The position numbers and the translations under genes are program-made. This document shows, piece by piece, positions 18,236-27,796 of a stretch of DNA of 64,000 nt; position 1 is the first letter of the stretch; each line of letters starts with the position of its first letter. The DNA is from an uncultured virus (IMG/VR IMGVR_UViG_3300012984_000011) (lineage: Duplodnaviria > Heunggongvirae > Uroviricota > Caudoviricetes): IMG/VR virus record IMGVR_UViG_3300012984_000011. One strand, given 5' to 3'. Under the pieces are notes generated by a model. It searched no databases, had not been told where the DNA came from, and worked only from the letters and a program-made list of their open reading frames with translations.

Positions 18236-18877
18236 ATGAATCGCAGATCTATCCTAGGCTCGTTTTTGATTCTACCCTTTTCAGGGCTGACGTCTTCATC
18301 GGTGAGGGCGGAGGAGTTAAGCCCTTCGGAGAAGCTTCGGCAGGAGGCATTGAGCAAAGGACCGGAAGCTATCACGGCAGCCCTTCAGAAGTACCATGAC
18401 TTGATGCAATGGCCTCCACATAGGGATCAGACTGATGCAGAAGACCCTAAATACGTGAGAAAAGCCTTGGAGATGTCCGTCACTTGTCGAGAGGCAGCTC
18501 GATTAGCTGGGATACCATTTCCTACAGAGTGTGGGGAAATGGAACGAAGAATCCAGAAAGTCTCGACTACGGGCAAACTGGCCACGTTCACAGAAACCAC
18601 TCGTATGCGAAAAGTGGTTGACAACTCACCTTATCTCCCACCCAACTTCGAGGTTGAGATCAAGATGTGGTTAAGCTTCTTTCCGTTGAAGGTCCGAAGG
18701 GGGATTTTAGGGTATGAATTTGACTTACCTGAAGGAGTTCCCTTCATTTTGAAGTGGTCCTACACCCATGAACCCACGGGTTGTGTGATGGGCAACACCT
18801 TTAGATACGATCGCAGTGGCGGTTGTACGCTCGTTGGGATTCGGGATGTTTCTGGGTACCGCACTGTATCCAGCTGA
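18236..18877 (+). CDS. putative Tat-exported protein
   Basis: MNRRSILG...VRA; class B motif at 18220. Confidence 0.7.
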   Translation: MNRRSILGSFLILPFSGLTSSSVRAEELSPSEKLRQEALSKGPEAITAALQKYHDLMQWPPHRDQTDAEDPKYVRKALEMSVTCREAARLAGIPFPTECGEMERRIQKVSTTGKLATFTETTRMRKVVDNSPYLPPNFEVEIKMWLSFFPLKVRRGILGYEFDLPEGVPFILKWSYTHEPTGCVMGNTFRYDRSGGCTLVGIRDVSGYRTVSS

Positions 18878-18930
18878 GCAATTTTGCAGCACCGCTTAAC
18901 ATCTAGAGGTGTTGGTCCGTTCTAATGGAT

Positions 18931-19173
18931 ATGGCTCACAACAATCAGGCTACCGTACCTCCGCCCCCGGATTATGATCGGGTAGTGAAATCCACTTCCG
19001 ACAATCCGCCTACATTGGATCAATTGGTATCTCAAGCACTTGAGCTTGATGACGCTGACTTCGAGATGGTGATTGACGAAGCTCTGAAGAACCCTCATCG
19101 GCCGTCCAATCCCCCACCGCTACCACCTCGGAGTCGGATGTCGAACCCGATGTTGCACGCCCTCAAGCGCTGA
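18931..19173 (+). CDS. Pro-rich hypothetical protein
   Basis: class A motif at 18896 (+35). Confidence 0.65.
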   Translation: MAHNNQATVPPPPDYDRVVKSTSDNPPTLDQLVSQALELDDADFEMVIDEALKNPHRPSNPPPLPPRSRMSNPMLHALKR

Positions 19174-19174
19174 C

Positions 19175-19462
19175 ATGAACAGTTGTTGCTACCAAAATGC
19201 CTGGGTGGGGCGCTGCAAGAAGCCGACCGCACAAGAGTTCTGTGAAGAGCATCAGGATTTGGTTTGCGTCAATTGTTCGGCCAAGGCGACTCGCCAATGT
19301 CAACATACGGGAGGATTCGTTTGCGGCGTCCCATTGTGCGAAGCCTGCACCCACATGCCGCCCGACCCTAAGAGTCAGAACATCTTCGGGATGGGTGGTG
19401 GTCATGCCTCGAAAGAATTGGCCGGTCCTGCTTGGGAAGCCTATTGGAACGCCGCCCCTTAA
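19175..19462 (+). CDS. Cys-rich Zn-finger-like protein
   Basis: multiple CxxC/CxxH. Confidence 0.7.
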   Translation: MNSCCYQNAWVGRCKKPTAQEFCEEHQDLVCVNCSAKATRQCQHTGGFVCGVPLCEACTHMPPDPKSQNIFGMGGGHASKELAGPAWEAYWNAAP

Positions 19463-19493
19463 AGGTTTGGACCTAAGATCCGTTCTACCTCGT

Positions 19494-19967
19494 ATGATGA
19501 CTCAGCCCAATTTTCTTTTTTCGGATGAGACGGCGGAAGCTGGACAACAGTTGATGCCCAAGACCAACATCTTGTGGGAAGCTGTATTTGCTGTCAGCTC
19601 CAACGGGACCTCCCGGCTTCTCTGCTACGTAGAGGGCCCCAAACTAGCGCAGTTCATCGCCGAGAAGGTGAACGAGGCTCAACTGGAGGCCACGCCTTCA
19701 ATTCTGGTCAAGCTCACTAAGCCTCAGAAGAAGCTGTTGATCAGCTTGTTCGAAGAAGCCGACGGCTGTCATCCTGATTCCAGAACCTGCTGGGTAGAGG
19801 TCCTCCCTGGGGAGTCTCGTCAGGCCAAGAAGTTGGTCGAGCTGGGACTGATTGAACACCGCCAAGATACCAATGAGGCTAACGGACAAGATGTCAGTGA
19901 AGCCAGGATGACCCAGAAGGGTTTTGAACTGGCCAAGCGGCTGACCTTCCGAATCAGCGGTGTATAG
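19494..19967 (+). CDS. hypothetical protein, possible C-terminal winged HTH
   Basis: class A motif at 19459 (+35); KLVELGLI...MTQKG. Confidence 0.7.
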   Translation: MMTQPNFLFSDETAEAGQQLMPKTNILWEAVFAVSSNGTSRLLCYVEGPKLAQFIAEKVNEAQLEATPSILVKLTKPQKKLLISLFEEADGCHPDSRTCWVEVLPGESRQAKKLVELGLIEHRQDTNEANGQDVSEARMTQKGFELAKRLTFRISGV

Positions 19968-19973
19968 TCTGCG

Positions 19974-20192
19974 ATGCAGACCTATCAAGTTGGCGAGACG
20001 ATATTTTGCTTCAATGCTGATCTTCGCGGTGAGGTGGTGATCCGCCACCATAACCGTGACATGGTGCTTCCAGCCGAAACGTTGCTACGCTTCGTTGCTG
20101 ATTTGGCTCGTTCCAGTCAGATCGAAAAGCTCCAGAATACACCTTCGATGGAGCTTTTGGAAATCAAGCCGCCCGTTCGTCTGGGATACTGA
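19974..20192 (+). CDS. hypothetical protein
   Basis: class B motif at 19959 (+15). Confidence 0.7.
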   Translation: MQTYQVGETIFCFNADLRGEVVIRHHNRDMVLPAETLLRFVADLARSSQIEKLQNTPSMELLEIKPPVRLGY

Positions 20193-20425
20193 TGCGGATC
20201 ATCAGCGTACCTAAACCGAACCCAGAGTATAAGAGCACTTGTGGCGACTGTGGAACTAAAGTCGCCTTGTTGCCGACCGACACAACGTTCATCTCAGACA
20301 AGAGAGACGGAGACGCAATCTCTTGGGATTGTCCTACCTGCAATCAGGTTAACTGGATCAGTGTCACTATCCTACCCAAACCGTTTTACCGTCTTGTCCT
20401 AGAGAAGAAAACGGCTCTCACATAA
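20192..20425 (+). CDS. Zn-ribbon protein
   Basis: CGDCG...CPTC. Confidence 0.7.
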   Translation: MRIISVPKPNPEYKSTCGDCGTKVALLPTDTTFISDKRDGDAISWDCPTCNQVNWISVTILPKPFYRLVLEKKTALT

Positions 20426-20711
20426 ACGATTGCATCGGATTTCCGTCCAGGTAGTTCTGAAGGAAGCGGGGGTCCTGTCGGGCTAGATCGGCCAGCTTTT
20501 TGGCCATGTCGAGGACTGGCGGCTCCCCTTCCACCACCTCCCCTTTGACCAGGCTAGGTACCAGCAACAACGCCTCGGCTAGGTGGATGTCGATACAGTG
20601 GGGTGTCTGCAACGCTACCAACAACACGTGCTGAAGAAAGCCGTGTTCCAGGTCTGGCAACCCTTCGAGAACCGCGAAGGCTTTGACCACATGATTGGTT
20701 GTCAATTCCAT
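20418..20711 (-). CDS. hypothetical protein
   Basis: minus-strand class B motif at 20721-20726 (+15). Confidence 0.7.
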   Translation of the reverse strand: MELTTNHVVKAFAVLEGLPDLEHGFLQHVLLVALQTPHCIDIHLAEALLLVPSLVKGEVVEGEPPVLDMAKKLADLARQDPRFLQNYLDGNPMQSFM

Positions 20712-20746
20712 TCTTGACCATACACCAACGGGTGTAAATGACCTGG

Positions 20747-20917
20747 ATGAACTCTGGCTGGTATCACGATCAAGAGTGCGACCTGAAGTGCAATTTCGAG
20801 GAAGGGTGTGGGAAAGAGTGCATCCTTATCTCGATCCATGGCGGAGAACTACATGTCTGTAGTGCTCACCGAGACGAGTACTTCTCCAAAGAGAGTCAGA
20901 GGGTCTCTCAAAAGTAG
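20747..20917 (+). CDS. small Cys-rich protein (56 aa; not in ORF track)
   Basis: class B motif at 20731 (+16). Confidence 0.6.
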   Translation: MNSGWYHDQECDLKCNFEEGCGKECILISIHGGELHVCSAHRDEYFSKESQRVSQK

Positions 20918-20926
20918 ATTTTGATG

Positions 20927-20955
20927 TTGACATAATGTTCGAACCCGTGTAGGTT
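20927..20955 (+). promoter_or_regulatory. sigma70-type promoter
   Basis: TTGACA-N17-TAGGTT. Confidence 0.6.
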
Positions 20956-21025
20956 ACCAGCAACGCTCGGCATAGTTCTGAGCGTATCGCCCGCATAACA
21001 CCCGGGCAGACTGGAAAATCTAGCT

Positions 21026-21997
21026 ATGTTTGAGCATTTCGAAAGAGATGCACGTCTCGTCATGCGAGCGTGCTGTGTTCGTGGCATCCTGTTGGACCGA
21101 ATATTCAGCCGGAAGACCATCACCTATCAAGAGTTGGCCCAAATACTCAAAACTCTGCCAGGTGGCGGAGAGTTGGCCCAATCGCTGTCTCTGATCACGG
21201 CTGATGATGCGGCCCAGAAGCGGCCGCTCTCTGTGGCGGTGGTGGTCAATAGCCGGACTGGCGTACCAGGCAAGGGGTTCTTTGACCAATGTCGAGAACT
21301 AGGTCTGCTGAAGAAGACTGATAAGGTCCTCAAAGACCCATACCCTCATGATTTTAAGCAGTTCCCTGCCTATCGCCAGCTTTCTTTGGACAAGGATTTC
21401 GCCGAAGTGTTGGGCGAAATTAATACCATGGGTCTGGCGGATGAGGATGAAAAAGAGTTCTGGCTTCAACAAGCCACCGATCTAGGGGTATCGGTCGACC
21501 AATACTGGGACCATGAGATACAGGCTGACTTGGGGCATCCTAGTGGTATTTCGCTCGAAATACCCCCGCATATGTGGAATGAAGGTGTTGACCCTGTTGG
21601 GGGGCATCTGGCTACCCCTAAGTTCAAGATCAACGGACAACTGACCGATCCTCCTTCTACTAAGGCTACAGCTCAGCCTGATAGGATTCGTGCTGTACTG
21701 CTACGATCAAAAACCTGTCGAATCCCCGCCTATCTGTTGCAAGTTGGGGATGTGGTGGTGGTCAATAGAAACTCACACGTGCAACATCTCACCGTCCAAT
21801 CGATTTGGATTGACCCTGTGATGTTGAGTGCCACCACCCCTATAGAACAGCGAGATACGTATGATCGTTTTGTTCGATGGACCGATACTTCAGAGGAACG
21901 TTACCGAGAACCCTTGCATGGGTCGCTCCTCATCCAGACTCCTGCCAACATCTTGGAGCGTCTGGATCCCAGAAATCAGCCTCAATCAGTCCCTTGA
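21026..21997 (+). CDS. hypothetical protein with probable N-terminal winged-helix DNA-binding domain
   Basis: TITYQELA...RPLSVAVVV...PGKGFF. Confidence 0.75.
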   Translation: MFEHFERDARLVMRACCVRGILLDRIFSRKTITYQELAQILKTLPGGGELAQSLSLITADDAAQKRPLSVAVVVNSRTGVPGKGFFDQCRELGLLKKTDKVLKDPYPHDFKQFPAYRQLSLDKDFAEVLGEINTMGLADEDEKEFWLQQATDLGVSVDQYWDHEIQADLGHPSGISLEIPPHMWNEGVDPVGGHLATPKFKINGQLTDPPSTKATAQPDRIRAVLLRSKTCRIPAYLLQVGDVVVVNRNSHVQHLTVQSIWIDPVMLSATTPIEQRDTYDRFVRWTDTSEERYREPLHGSLLIQTPANILERLDPRNQPQSVP

Positions 21998-22048
21998 GGA
22001 CACTTTCCTGCGCTATACACCGTTTCTTTGGTTCGGTGTATAGCTGCT

Positions 22049-22903
22049 ATGGATTCCGAAGGCCAAATTCGTAAAAAAGACGAGAGCTTCATTGTTGAGG
22101 CACCCTTCGACAAGTACGTCGCCTCTTTGCCTGGCGTCGAGACGTCAGAGGATGGGCTCGTCAATAGTAAGGTATTTAGCAAGAAACGGATCTACCTCCC
22201 ACATGAGCTTGACCGAGCGATTGTTGAGAACCTAGAAGGCCATGATGTCCTTCGGTTGGCCGCAAATGGCTACAGCAATTTGACGGCAGAGCATTGCATG
22301 GTTTGGGGTGTCAAGCCGGGCGCTTATGAGCAAGCCGTCGCCTCTTTGCTTGAAGTGGTGACTAGTCGGATGCAGGACTTGTTCAAGGGTGTGGATGTCC
22401 GGTATCTTCACGGGGCAAGCAATATGGGGGTAGACGCGGCGATCATGCAGGCGTCTCGAAGATTGAATCGCCCCAATCTAGGGTTTAGCTGTCCGCGATT
22501 CATGTTCTATGTAGAAGATGACTTCCTGCCGGTCTACGTGGCTAACTCTCAAGCCGCTTATGCGGACGCTTTCGCCAGGTCGACCGACATCCTGATTGCC
22601 GCTAATGGGAGGGCGCAAGCCCTTCAACATGACTTGATGGCCGCATTGATGTACGGTAAAGAGGTGGTGTTGGTGAACGTTCTTCGAACCATTTCAACCA
22701 ATGGGGGCCCTCCAGCCATTGGCCCTGAAGGCAAGATCGAAGATGCGGTGGATGCCTTCTTGATTCGAGTTCATGCGGTGGGTCAACGCCTAGAACGAGG
22801 CAACAACCGAGATCATTGGAGGGCTACCGTTGAGGAGATCACCGAAGTGGCGTCCTCTATTTGCCGTCAGAAGATGTCTCCCGCGCGAGCATTCATGCTC
22901 TGA
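22049..22903 (+). CDS. putative SLOG/LOG-superfamily nucleotide-binding protein
   Basis: HGASNMGVD glycine loop; class B motif at 22035. Confidence 0.6.
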   Translation: MDSEGQIRKKDESFIVEAPFDKYVASLPGVETSEDGLVNSKVFSKKRIYLPHELDRAIVENLEGHDVLRLAANGYSNLTAEHCMVWGVKPGAYEQAVASLLEVVTSRMQDLFKGVDVRYLHGASNMGVDAAIMQASRRLNRPNLGFSCPRFMFYVEDDFLPVYVANSQAAYADAFARSTDILIAANGRAQALQHDLMAALMYGKEVVLVNVLRTISTNGGPPAIGPEGKIEDAVDAFLIRVHAVGQRLERGNNRDHWRATVEEITEVASSICRQKMSPARAFML

Positions 22904-22919
22904 TGGTGTATAGCCCAGC

Positions 22920-23444
22920 ATGCTATTCACCTCATTGTTTGGAATTATTGGATTCTTCGTTGTGTTTGGGTTGGTGGCCCTGCTGACCGAAACAGAGCGG
23001 TATGTTTGGGCCACCCTATCGATCATCGCCTCATTGGTGGCAGCCCACTACTTGGCCGATCTGCATCTGTTGGCCTTCATCAAGGCCCATACACTAACTA
23101 GCGTGGGCTATCTGGTCGGCTTCATCGTGGTAGGCGTGGTGTGGTCGTTCATCAAGTGGTTCAGCTTCTTGGTGCGTGTCCGTGAGGTGATGAAGGAAAG
23201 AGGGGACTTCAATTTCCCTGTTGAATATAGGGGCCTCCCTCTGGACAAGAAGCCGCTCGCATCCGAGAACAAGAAGCGGATCACTGCTTGGATGATCTTC
23301 TGGCCATTCAGCCTCGTCGGCACCCTGCTGAATGATCCGATTCGCCGTATCTTTAACCTGATCTTCAACAGCTTGAAGAATCAATATCAACGATTGTCTG
23401 ACCGCGTGTTTAGGGATGTGACCTTTCCTCAAAAGAAAGACTGA
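22920..23444 (+). CDS. multi-pass membrane protein
   Basis: 3-4 hydrophobic helices; class B motif at 22905. Confidence 0.8.
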   Translation: MLFTSLFGIIGFFVVFGLVALLTETERYVWATLSIIASLVAAHYLADLHLLAFIKAHTLTSVGYLVGFIVVGVVWSFIKWFSFLVRVREVMKERGDFNFPVEYRGLPLDKKPLASENKKRITAWMIFWPFSLVGTLLNDPIRRIFNLIFNSLKNQYQRLSDRVFRDVTFPQKKD

Positions 23445-23446
23445 AG

Positions 23447-23674
23447 ATGTCTTCTAGAAGCAAATCCATCACCCTCAAAGGGGCGGCCGCCCGAGCATTT
23501 GTCGAATCTCTCAGCGGAACCAAGCCCAAGAGCGAGCAAGATGCTAGCGAACGTATCGCCACTCGCATCCACATGGAGGTCCACAGTGGCAACATGGCGG
23601 GTGCAGTAGCGCTGGTCAAGCTGGTGTCCCAGCAAGGGATTGATCAGACTGTCAAAGCGCTGCCTAGGGGTTGA
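23447..23674 (+). CDS. hypothetical protein
   Basis: in gene string. Confidence 0.6.
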   Translation: MSSRSKSITLKGAAARAFVESLSGTKPKSEQDASERIATRIHMEVHSGNMAGAVALVKLVSQQGIDQTVKALPRG

Positions 23675-24033
23675 TGGCCGAACCTGCCAGCATCGCCACT
23701 AAGCGTCAAATCCTCTCGTGCTACATCCTGATTGCATCCGGAGTGGGGGAAGCTCCACTCCGGATGACGGCTGACGGGGTTGAGAGGGTGGTGTTCCGTC
23801 TAGATGGTGTTTACCGGTTCAAACGTGAGATGGGCCAAATACAAATAACCAATCAGGATATTGAGGGCTTCCTGATATTTGAGGCAGGTACACACGCTAC
23901 TCTGGCTGGGTGTGTGATTAGAGGTGGTTGTACCATACACTCCGCCATACCGCCTCGACAGCCGCCTGTTGGGTCATCCCAGATTGACGTCCCGACCGTG
24001 TTGGAGACTGAGGTATCTGTTGACGTAGTTTGA
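23671..24033 (+). CDS. hypothetical protein
   Basis: overlapping start/stop. Confidence 0.6.
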   Translation: MMAEPASIATKRQILSCYILIASGVGEAPLRMTADGVERVVFRLDGVYRFKREMGQIQITNQDIEGFLIFEAGTHATLAGCVIRGGCTIHSAIPPRQPPVGSSQIDVPTVLETEVSVDVV

Positions 24034-24068
24034 GAATGTGAAGCCAGATAGGACCCAAGGGTAACAAC

Positions 24069-24305
24069 ATGATAGCTGATTGTGATACACCAGGAACAGC
24101 CTCTACTTCATATGGTCATTTGATTTTCGGTTGGAAATCCAGACCTTCTCTCGAAACTCTCAACCGAGCTCTTAATCTGTTGGGAGTATTGGTCTACGAA
24201 GATCCTGGTATGCAGGATACCGACCAACACAGCTACATCTTCTCAAAAGAACCTCTCACGCCATCCCAACTACAAGCTATCGCGGAAGAATTGTGGTCCG
24301 AATGA
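24069..24305 (+). CDS. hypothetical protein
   Basis: 78-aa ORF. Confidence 0.6.
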   Translation: MIADCDTPGTASTSYGHLIFGWKSRPSLETLNRALNLLGVLVYEDPGMQDTDQHSYIFSKEPLTPSQLQAIAEELWSE

Positions 24306-24823
24306 TCTGCTTTGTTTCTGGTCATCTCGACCTAACCCCTGAAGAGTTTGAGCAACACTACGTCCCTCAGTTGGCCCAGGCGGTTCAAGACGGGTGCAGC
24401 TTCGTCTTGGGAGACGCTAAGGGGGCGGATGCGATGGCTCAGCTGTGGTTGTCCAACACTATCGCCGAGGTGACCGTCTTCCACATGTTCGATGCCCCAC
24501 GCCATACGGTAGACCGTTATGAACGGGTGGGCGGCTTCCTGACCGATCATGCTAGGGATGCGGCGATGACGGCCGCCTCGCATCACGACATTGCGTGGGT
24601 CAGGCCAGGCAAACGTCCCAATAACGGCACTGCCCTGAACTTGAGGCGACGTAAGATGACTGCCATCCATTACTGGAGTTACTGTGGAACGCATCACTCG
24701 ATAAAAGATGGTCGATATCTGTGTGGTACCCCAATAGGTAACACCAGATCCTTTGATCGAATCCAAGATGTGACATGTCGAGGCTGTATAGACGCAGTAA
24801 CGAGCATTTCGGATGGATTCTGA
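24302..24823 (+). CDS. SLOG-like (YspA/DUF2493-type) protein
   Basis: FVSGH...LGDAKGAD...RDAAM...GT. Confidence 0.65.
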   Translation: MICFVSGHLDLTPEEFEQHYVPQLAQAVQDGCSFVLGDAKGADAMAQLWLSNTIAEVTVFHMFDAPRHTVDRYERVGGFLTDHARDAAMTAASHHDIAWVRPGKRPNNGTALNLRRRKMTAIHYWSYCGTHHSIKDGRYLCGTPIGNTRSFDRIQDVTCRGCIDAVTSISDGF

Positions 24824-25031
24824 GACGGTATACCAGCATGCGCTTCGCTATGCTCAAACAGCCTATGAGGCGTACCGCACCTATCAGACGGTAGAAGAAC
24901 GGGTGGGGTTAGCTCCCGTCAGACCGTTGTCCCCACCCTGGGAGGAACTGTCCCCATTGGAGCAGCAACGATGGTTCGCCTGCTCAGAAGCAGTGGAAGA
25001 TCTGACCACGGCTGAGATCGGAGCGGTGTAG
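24813..25031 (+). CDS. hypothetical protein
   Basis: AYEAY...PWEEL pattern. Confidence 0.65.
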   Translation: MDSETVYQHALRYAQTAYEAYRTYQTVEERVGLAPVRPLSPPWEELSPLEQQRWFACSEAVEDLTTAEIGAV

Positions 25032-25040
25032 AGGGGCACA

Positions 25041-26057
25041 ATGGACACCCACTACTCCTTGAATGACGATTCTCACTACCCACTGATCGTCAAAAGATGG
25101 ATCCTAAGAGCTCATCTGAATGATGGGGATAAGGTTCAGATGCGGACCTACCCGTTGTCTGATAAGGAGCCCTTCATCAAAGCTTGTGAAACACAGCAGT
25201 TGCCATTGGTGATTGACCAAGGTGAGAACAAAACCTTTGCTTCCCTCGATACTTATGTGGAGATCACTCCAAGCTACGCACTGCTGTATAGCCGAGAAGT
25301 AGAGGTGTTCCAAGAGTTGGAGCGGGTCTTCACTCTTCATCAAACCAAATCAGTAGAGATCCCGGCCAAGAATCCGGTCTATCTTTTGATTGAAGGTATG
25401 CGCAGCTACTCCCTCCGAAGCATGGGTCAACCTGGCAAACCTTTGATTGAGTCGAACTACAATCCTCACGTGATACAGCAATTTCGCCGTTTGCAACAAG
25501 GGTTGGAAGCGGAGGTTCCGAAAGGCCGCGTTGGGCTGATCTTGGGCCAACCTGGAACGGGCAAATCGTTCCTCATCAGGGCTTTGCTGGACCGATACAG
25601 CCCAGGAGTGGCGTATGTGTTGCTCAACAGCAAGCAGTTGCTGGACCTGAGCAATAACCTGGACAAATACCTGAATCTACTGGACAACATGGACTCTGAT
25701 CTGAAGACCATCTTCATCTTAGAGGACGCAGACGACCTGTTGGTTGAGCGTCAAGCCGAGAACATGAAGGCTATCCAAGCTTTGTTGAATATGGGGGACG
25801 GCCTGATTGGAGAAGCGTTGAATATCCGCCTCATCCTTACCACGAATGCGAAGGCTATTGAAATCGATCAAGCGATCACCAGGTTCGGTCGCTTGATCGA
25901 GAAGATCGAGGTAGGACAGCTTTCCAAGGAGCAGGCGGAGATCGCCCACATCAATCTGGCGGGCACGGGCAAGCCGAGGCAGTACCACACCCCCACCACA
26001 TTGGCGGAAGTGTATCACAATGTCGGCCTAGAGGAAGAGTTGCAGGCTGCCGAATGA
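25041..26057 (+). CDS. AAA+ ATPase
   Basis: Walker A GQPGTGKS, Walker B ILEDAD, TTN...ID.AI.R.GR. Confidence 0.9.
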   Translation: MDTHYSLNDDSHYPLIVKRWILRAHLNDGDKVQMRTYPLSDKEPFIKACETQQLPLVIDQGENKTFASLDTYVEITPSYALLYSREVEVFQELERVFTLHQTKSVEIPAKNPVYLLIEGMRSYSLRSMGQPGKPLIESNYNPHVIQQFRRLQQGLEAEVPKGRVGLILGQPGTGKSFLIRALLDRYSPGVAYVLLNSKQLLDLSNNLDKYLNLLDNMDSDLKTIFILEDADDLLVERQAENMKAIQALLNMGDGLIGEALNIRLILTTNAKAIEIDQAITRFGRLIEKIEVGQLSKEQAEIAHINLAGTGKPRQYHTPTTLAEVYHNVGLEEELQAAE

Positions 26058-26296
26058 GACCTATTCTTGTTGCTTTACTGCTGGTCGCCTGCAACCCCTC
26101 TCCTTCAGAATTGCAGGATCTGAAGACCAAATTCCAAGACCGTGTACAGATCACTCCTGACAGTGTGGTGTGCGATGCGGATGGCGGGTATTTGGTATGT
26201 TTTGGCGTGACCAAGAAGGGCACTCCAGTGCACTTTCGGTGTGGTCAGGATCTGACTACTCCTCAGTGCTACTTCATCGGCATGTACGGAAGCTGA
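26054..26296 (+). CDS. lipoprotein
   Basis: lipobox LVAC. Confidence 0.75.
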   Translation: MRPILVALLLVACNPSPSELQDLKTKFQDRVQITPDSVVCDADGGYLVCFGVTKKGTPVHFRCGQDLTTPQCYFIGMYGS

Positions 26297-26491
26297 ATGG
26301 CTCGTTTGGTGGGCTACGAATTTCACGGGATCGTCACGCCTGAGGCGGAAGCTGTGTTGGAGCTAGCCAAGCGGAACGGTATCGTGACTGACGGAGACCA
26401 TAACAGCACCTATATGTGGATCAATGGTCAGCCTGGAGCCAAGTTGCGGACGGTTCGTAATCGCCTCAAACAGCTGATCTGCCTGGTGTAA
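26297..26491 (+). CDS. hypothetical protein
   Basis: abuts upstream stop. Confidence 0.6.
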   Translation: MARLVGYEFHGIVTPEAEAVLELAKRNGIVTDGDHNSTYMWINGQPGAKLRTVRNRLKQLICLV

Positions 26492-26517
26492 GTGTTTCCC
26501 CGATAAGGAGAAGTGTC

Positions 26518-26661
26518 ATGAAACCGAATCGTCGTTGGGCTCTATTGTTGCTGGTTCCGTTGTTGGTGGTAGGCGTGGTGGTCCAGAGGGGGTTGTGGTC
26601 CAAAAAGCAACCACCGACCCCTCAGATGGTGAAGGTTAGCTGCCCTTACTTTCCAGGGTGA
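26518..26661 (+). CDS. small membrane peptide (47 aa)
   Basis: AAGGAG SD; single hydrophobic helix. Confidence 0.55.
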   Translation: MKPNRRWALLLLVPLLVVGVVVQRGLWSKKQPPTPQMVKVSCPYFPG

Positions 26662-26699
26662 CCCTTAAGTTCAGTCTAGCAGAGGTCGTTAGAGCCAAC

Positions 26700-27038
26700 A
26701 TGCCCCTGACGACCCCTCTGCTGAAAGACCTAAAAGCACTACTGGCTCTTTTCTCCGACCCTAGCAAATGGGCTCAACGTTCACTGGCAAAGGATGCTGA
26801 GGGGAACCCTTGCTCCTTCAGCTCTGAAAAAGCTGTGTGTTTTTGCCTATTAGGCGGCTGTCACAAGGTGGTCGGGGATGATTCCAAGAGGGTCGAGGCT
26901 CTGAAGAGCGGTCTTCGGAGAGGGTTTCCGGCCAATAGCAAATGGACATACGTCTTGGGGCTGTTCAATGATGAGTCTACCTATGAGGAAGTGCTGACTT
27001 TGATCGTTAGGGCGATCAAAGTGGAGGAATCCAAATGA
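26700..27038 (+). CDS. DUF6197-like protein
   Basis: WAQRSLAKDAEG...CFCLLG...FND; class A motif at 26665 (+35). Confidence 0.75.
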   Translation: MPLTTPLLKDLKALLALFSDPSKWAQRSLAKDAEGNPCSFSSEKAVCFCLLGGCHKVVGDDSKRVEALKSGLRRGFPANSKWTYVLGLFNDESTYEEVLTLIVRAIKVEESK

Positions 27039-27796
27039 CTGCTTGGCGAACCATCTCAATTGTCTCGGCCCTGACATGGGCTCTAACCATCGCTTGTTCG
27101 AATGACGCCGAACCGATTCGGCCAACCTATTGGGGTCAAGGTGGGGTCAATCAGTTGATCTGGCCCACCATCAAGCTCCTAGAGGCCGGACAAGCAGGTG
27201 AGGGTGGCTCTGCTGATGGTGGCCAAGCAGGCCAGGCTGGCAGCCATGAGGGCGGCTCGGCGGGTGTTGAGCTGGCAGGGGCGGGAGGCTTGTCTGAAGA
27301 AGACTGTCAGCTTCCTGAGTATCTGGAACAAGCCCATCAGCTGGAGATAGGTCTAGGTAGACCGGCCGTAGAAGATACGGTCAGCACCACGGGTTCCGTC
27401 CCTTATGGGACGATCGTCAAATTCAGCAAGTACAACAATTGGCGTTGTGACCATCAGCCATTTTGCGATTACGCCGTCCAGGCCCCGACTGACGAAGGTT
27501 TCCCTGAGACGAGACGTTATTGGGAACCCGTTAGGTGGCAAGGCCTGCCTCCCGACGGCAAGATTGGGCAGTGGCTTGGTCTCTGTACGCTGCCTCAGTG
27601 GACCTCTCACGGCACCTGTGGAGGCTTCTACCGAGACGGAGATTACGTCGACTACCGTGATTCCAACGACCCGTATGCCGAGCGTTTCGTTTGGCAATGT
27701 CGAGTTGGATGGTCCAGTGCCTGTGACGTTCAGCCTCCAGGCACTGGGTCTGCTTGGGTCAATGTGTCAGACACTATCCATTGCTACGGCTATTGA
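27035..27796 (+). CDS. lipoprotein with Gly/Ala linker and Cys/Trp-rich domains
   Basis: lipobox-like TIAC; AGQAGEGG linker; C-terminal WQC...PG..SAW resembles small carbohydrate-binding modules. Confidence 0.7.
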   Translation: MTAWRTISIVSALTWALTIACSNDAEPIRPTYWGQGGVNQLIWPTIKLLEAGQAGEGGSADGGQAGQAGSHEGGSAGVELAGAGGLSEEDCQLPEYLEQAHQLEIGLGRPAVEDTVSTTGSVPYGTIVKFSKYNNWRCDHQPFCDYAVQAPTDEGFPETRRYWEPVRWQGLPPDGKIGQWLGLCTLPQWTSHGTCGGFYRDGDYVDYRDSNDPYAERFVWQCRVGWSSACDVQPPGTGSAWVNVSDTIHCYGY

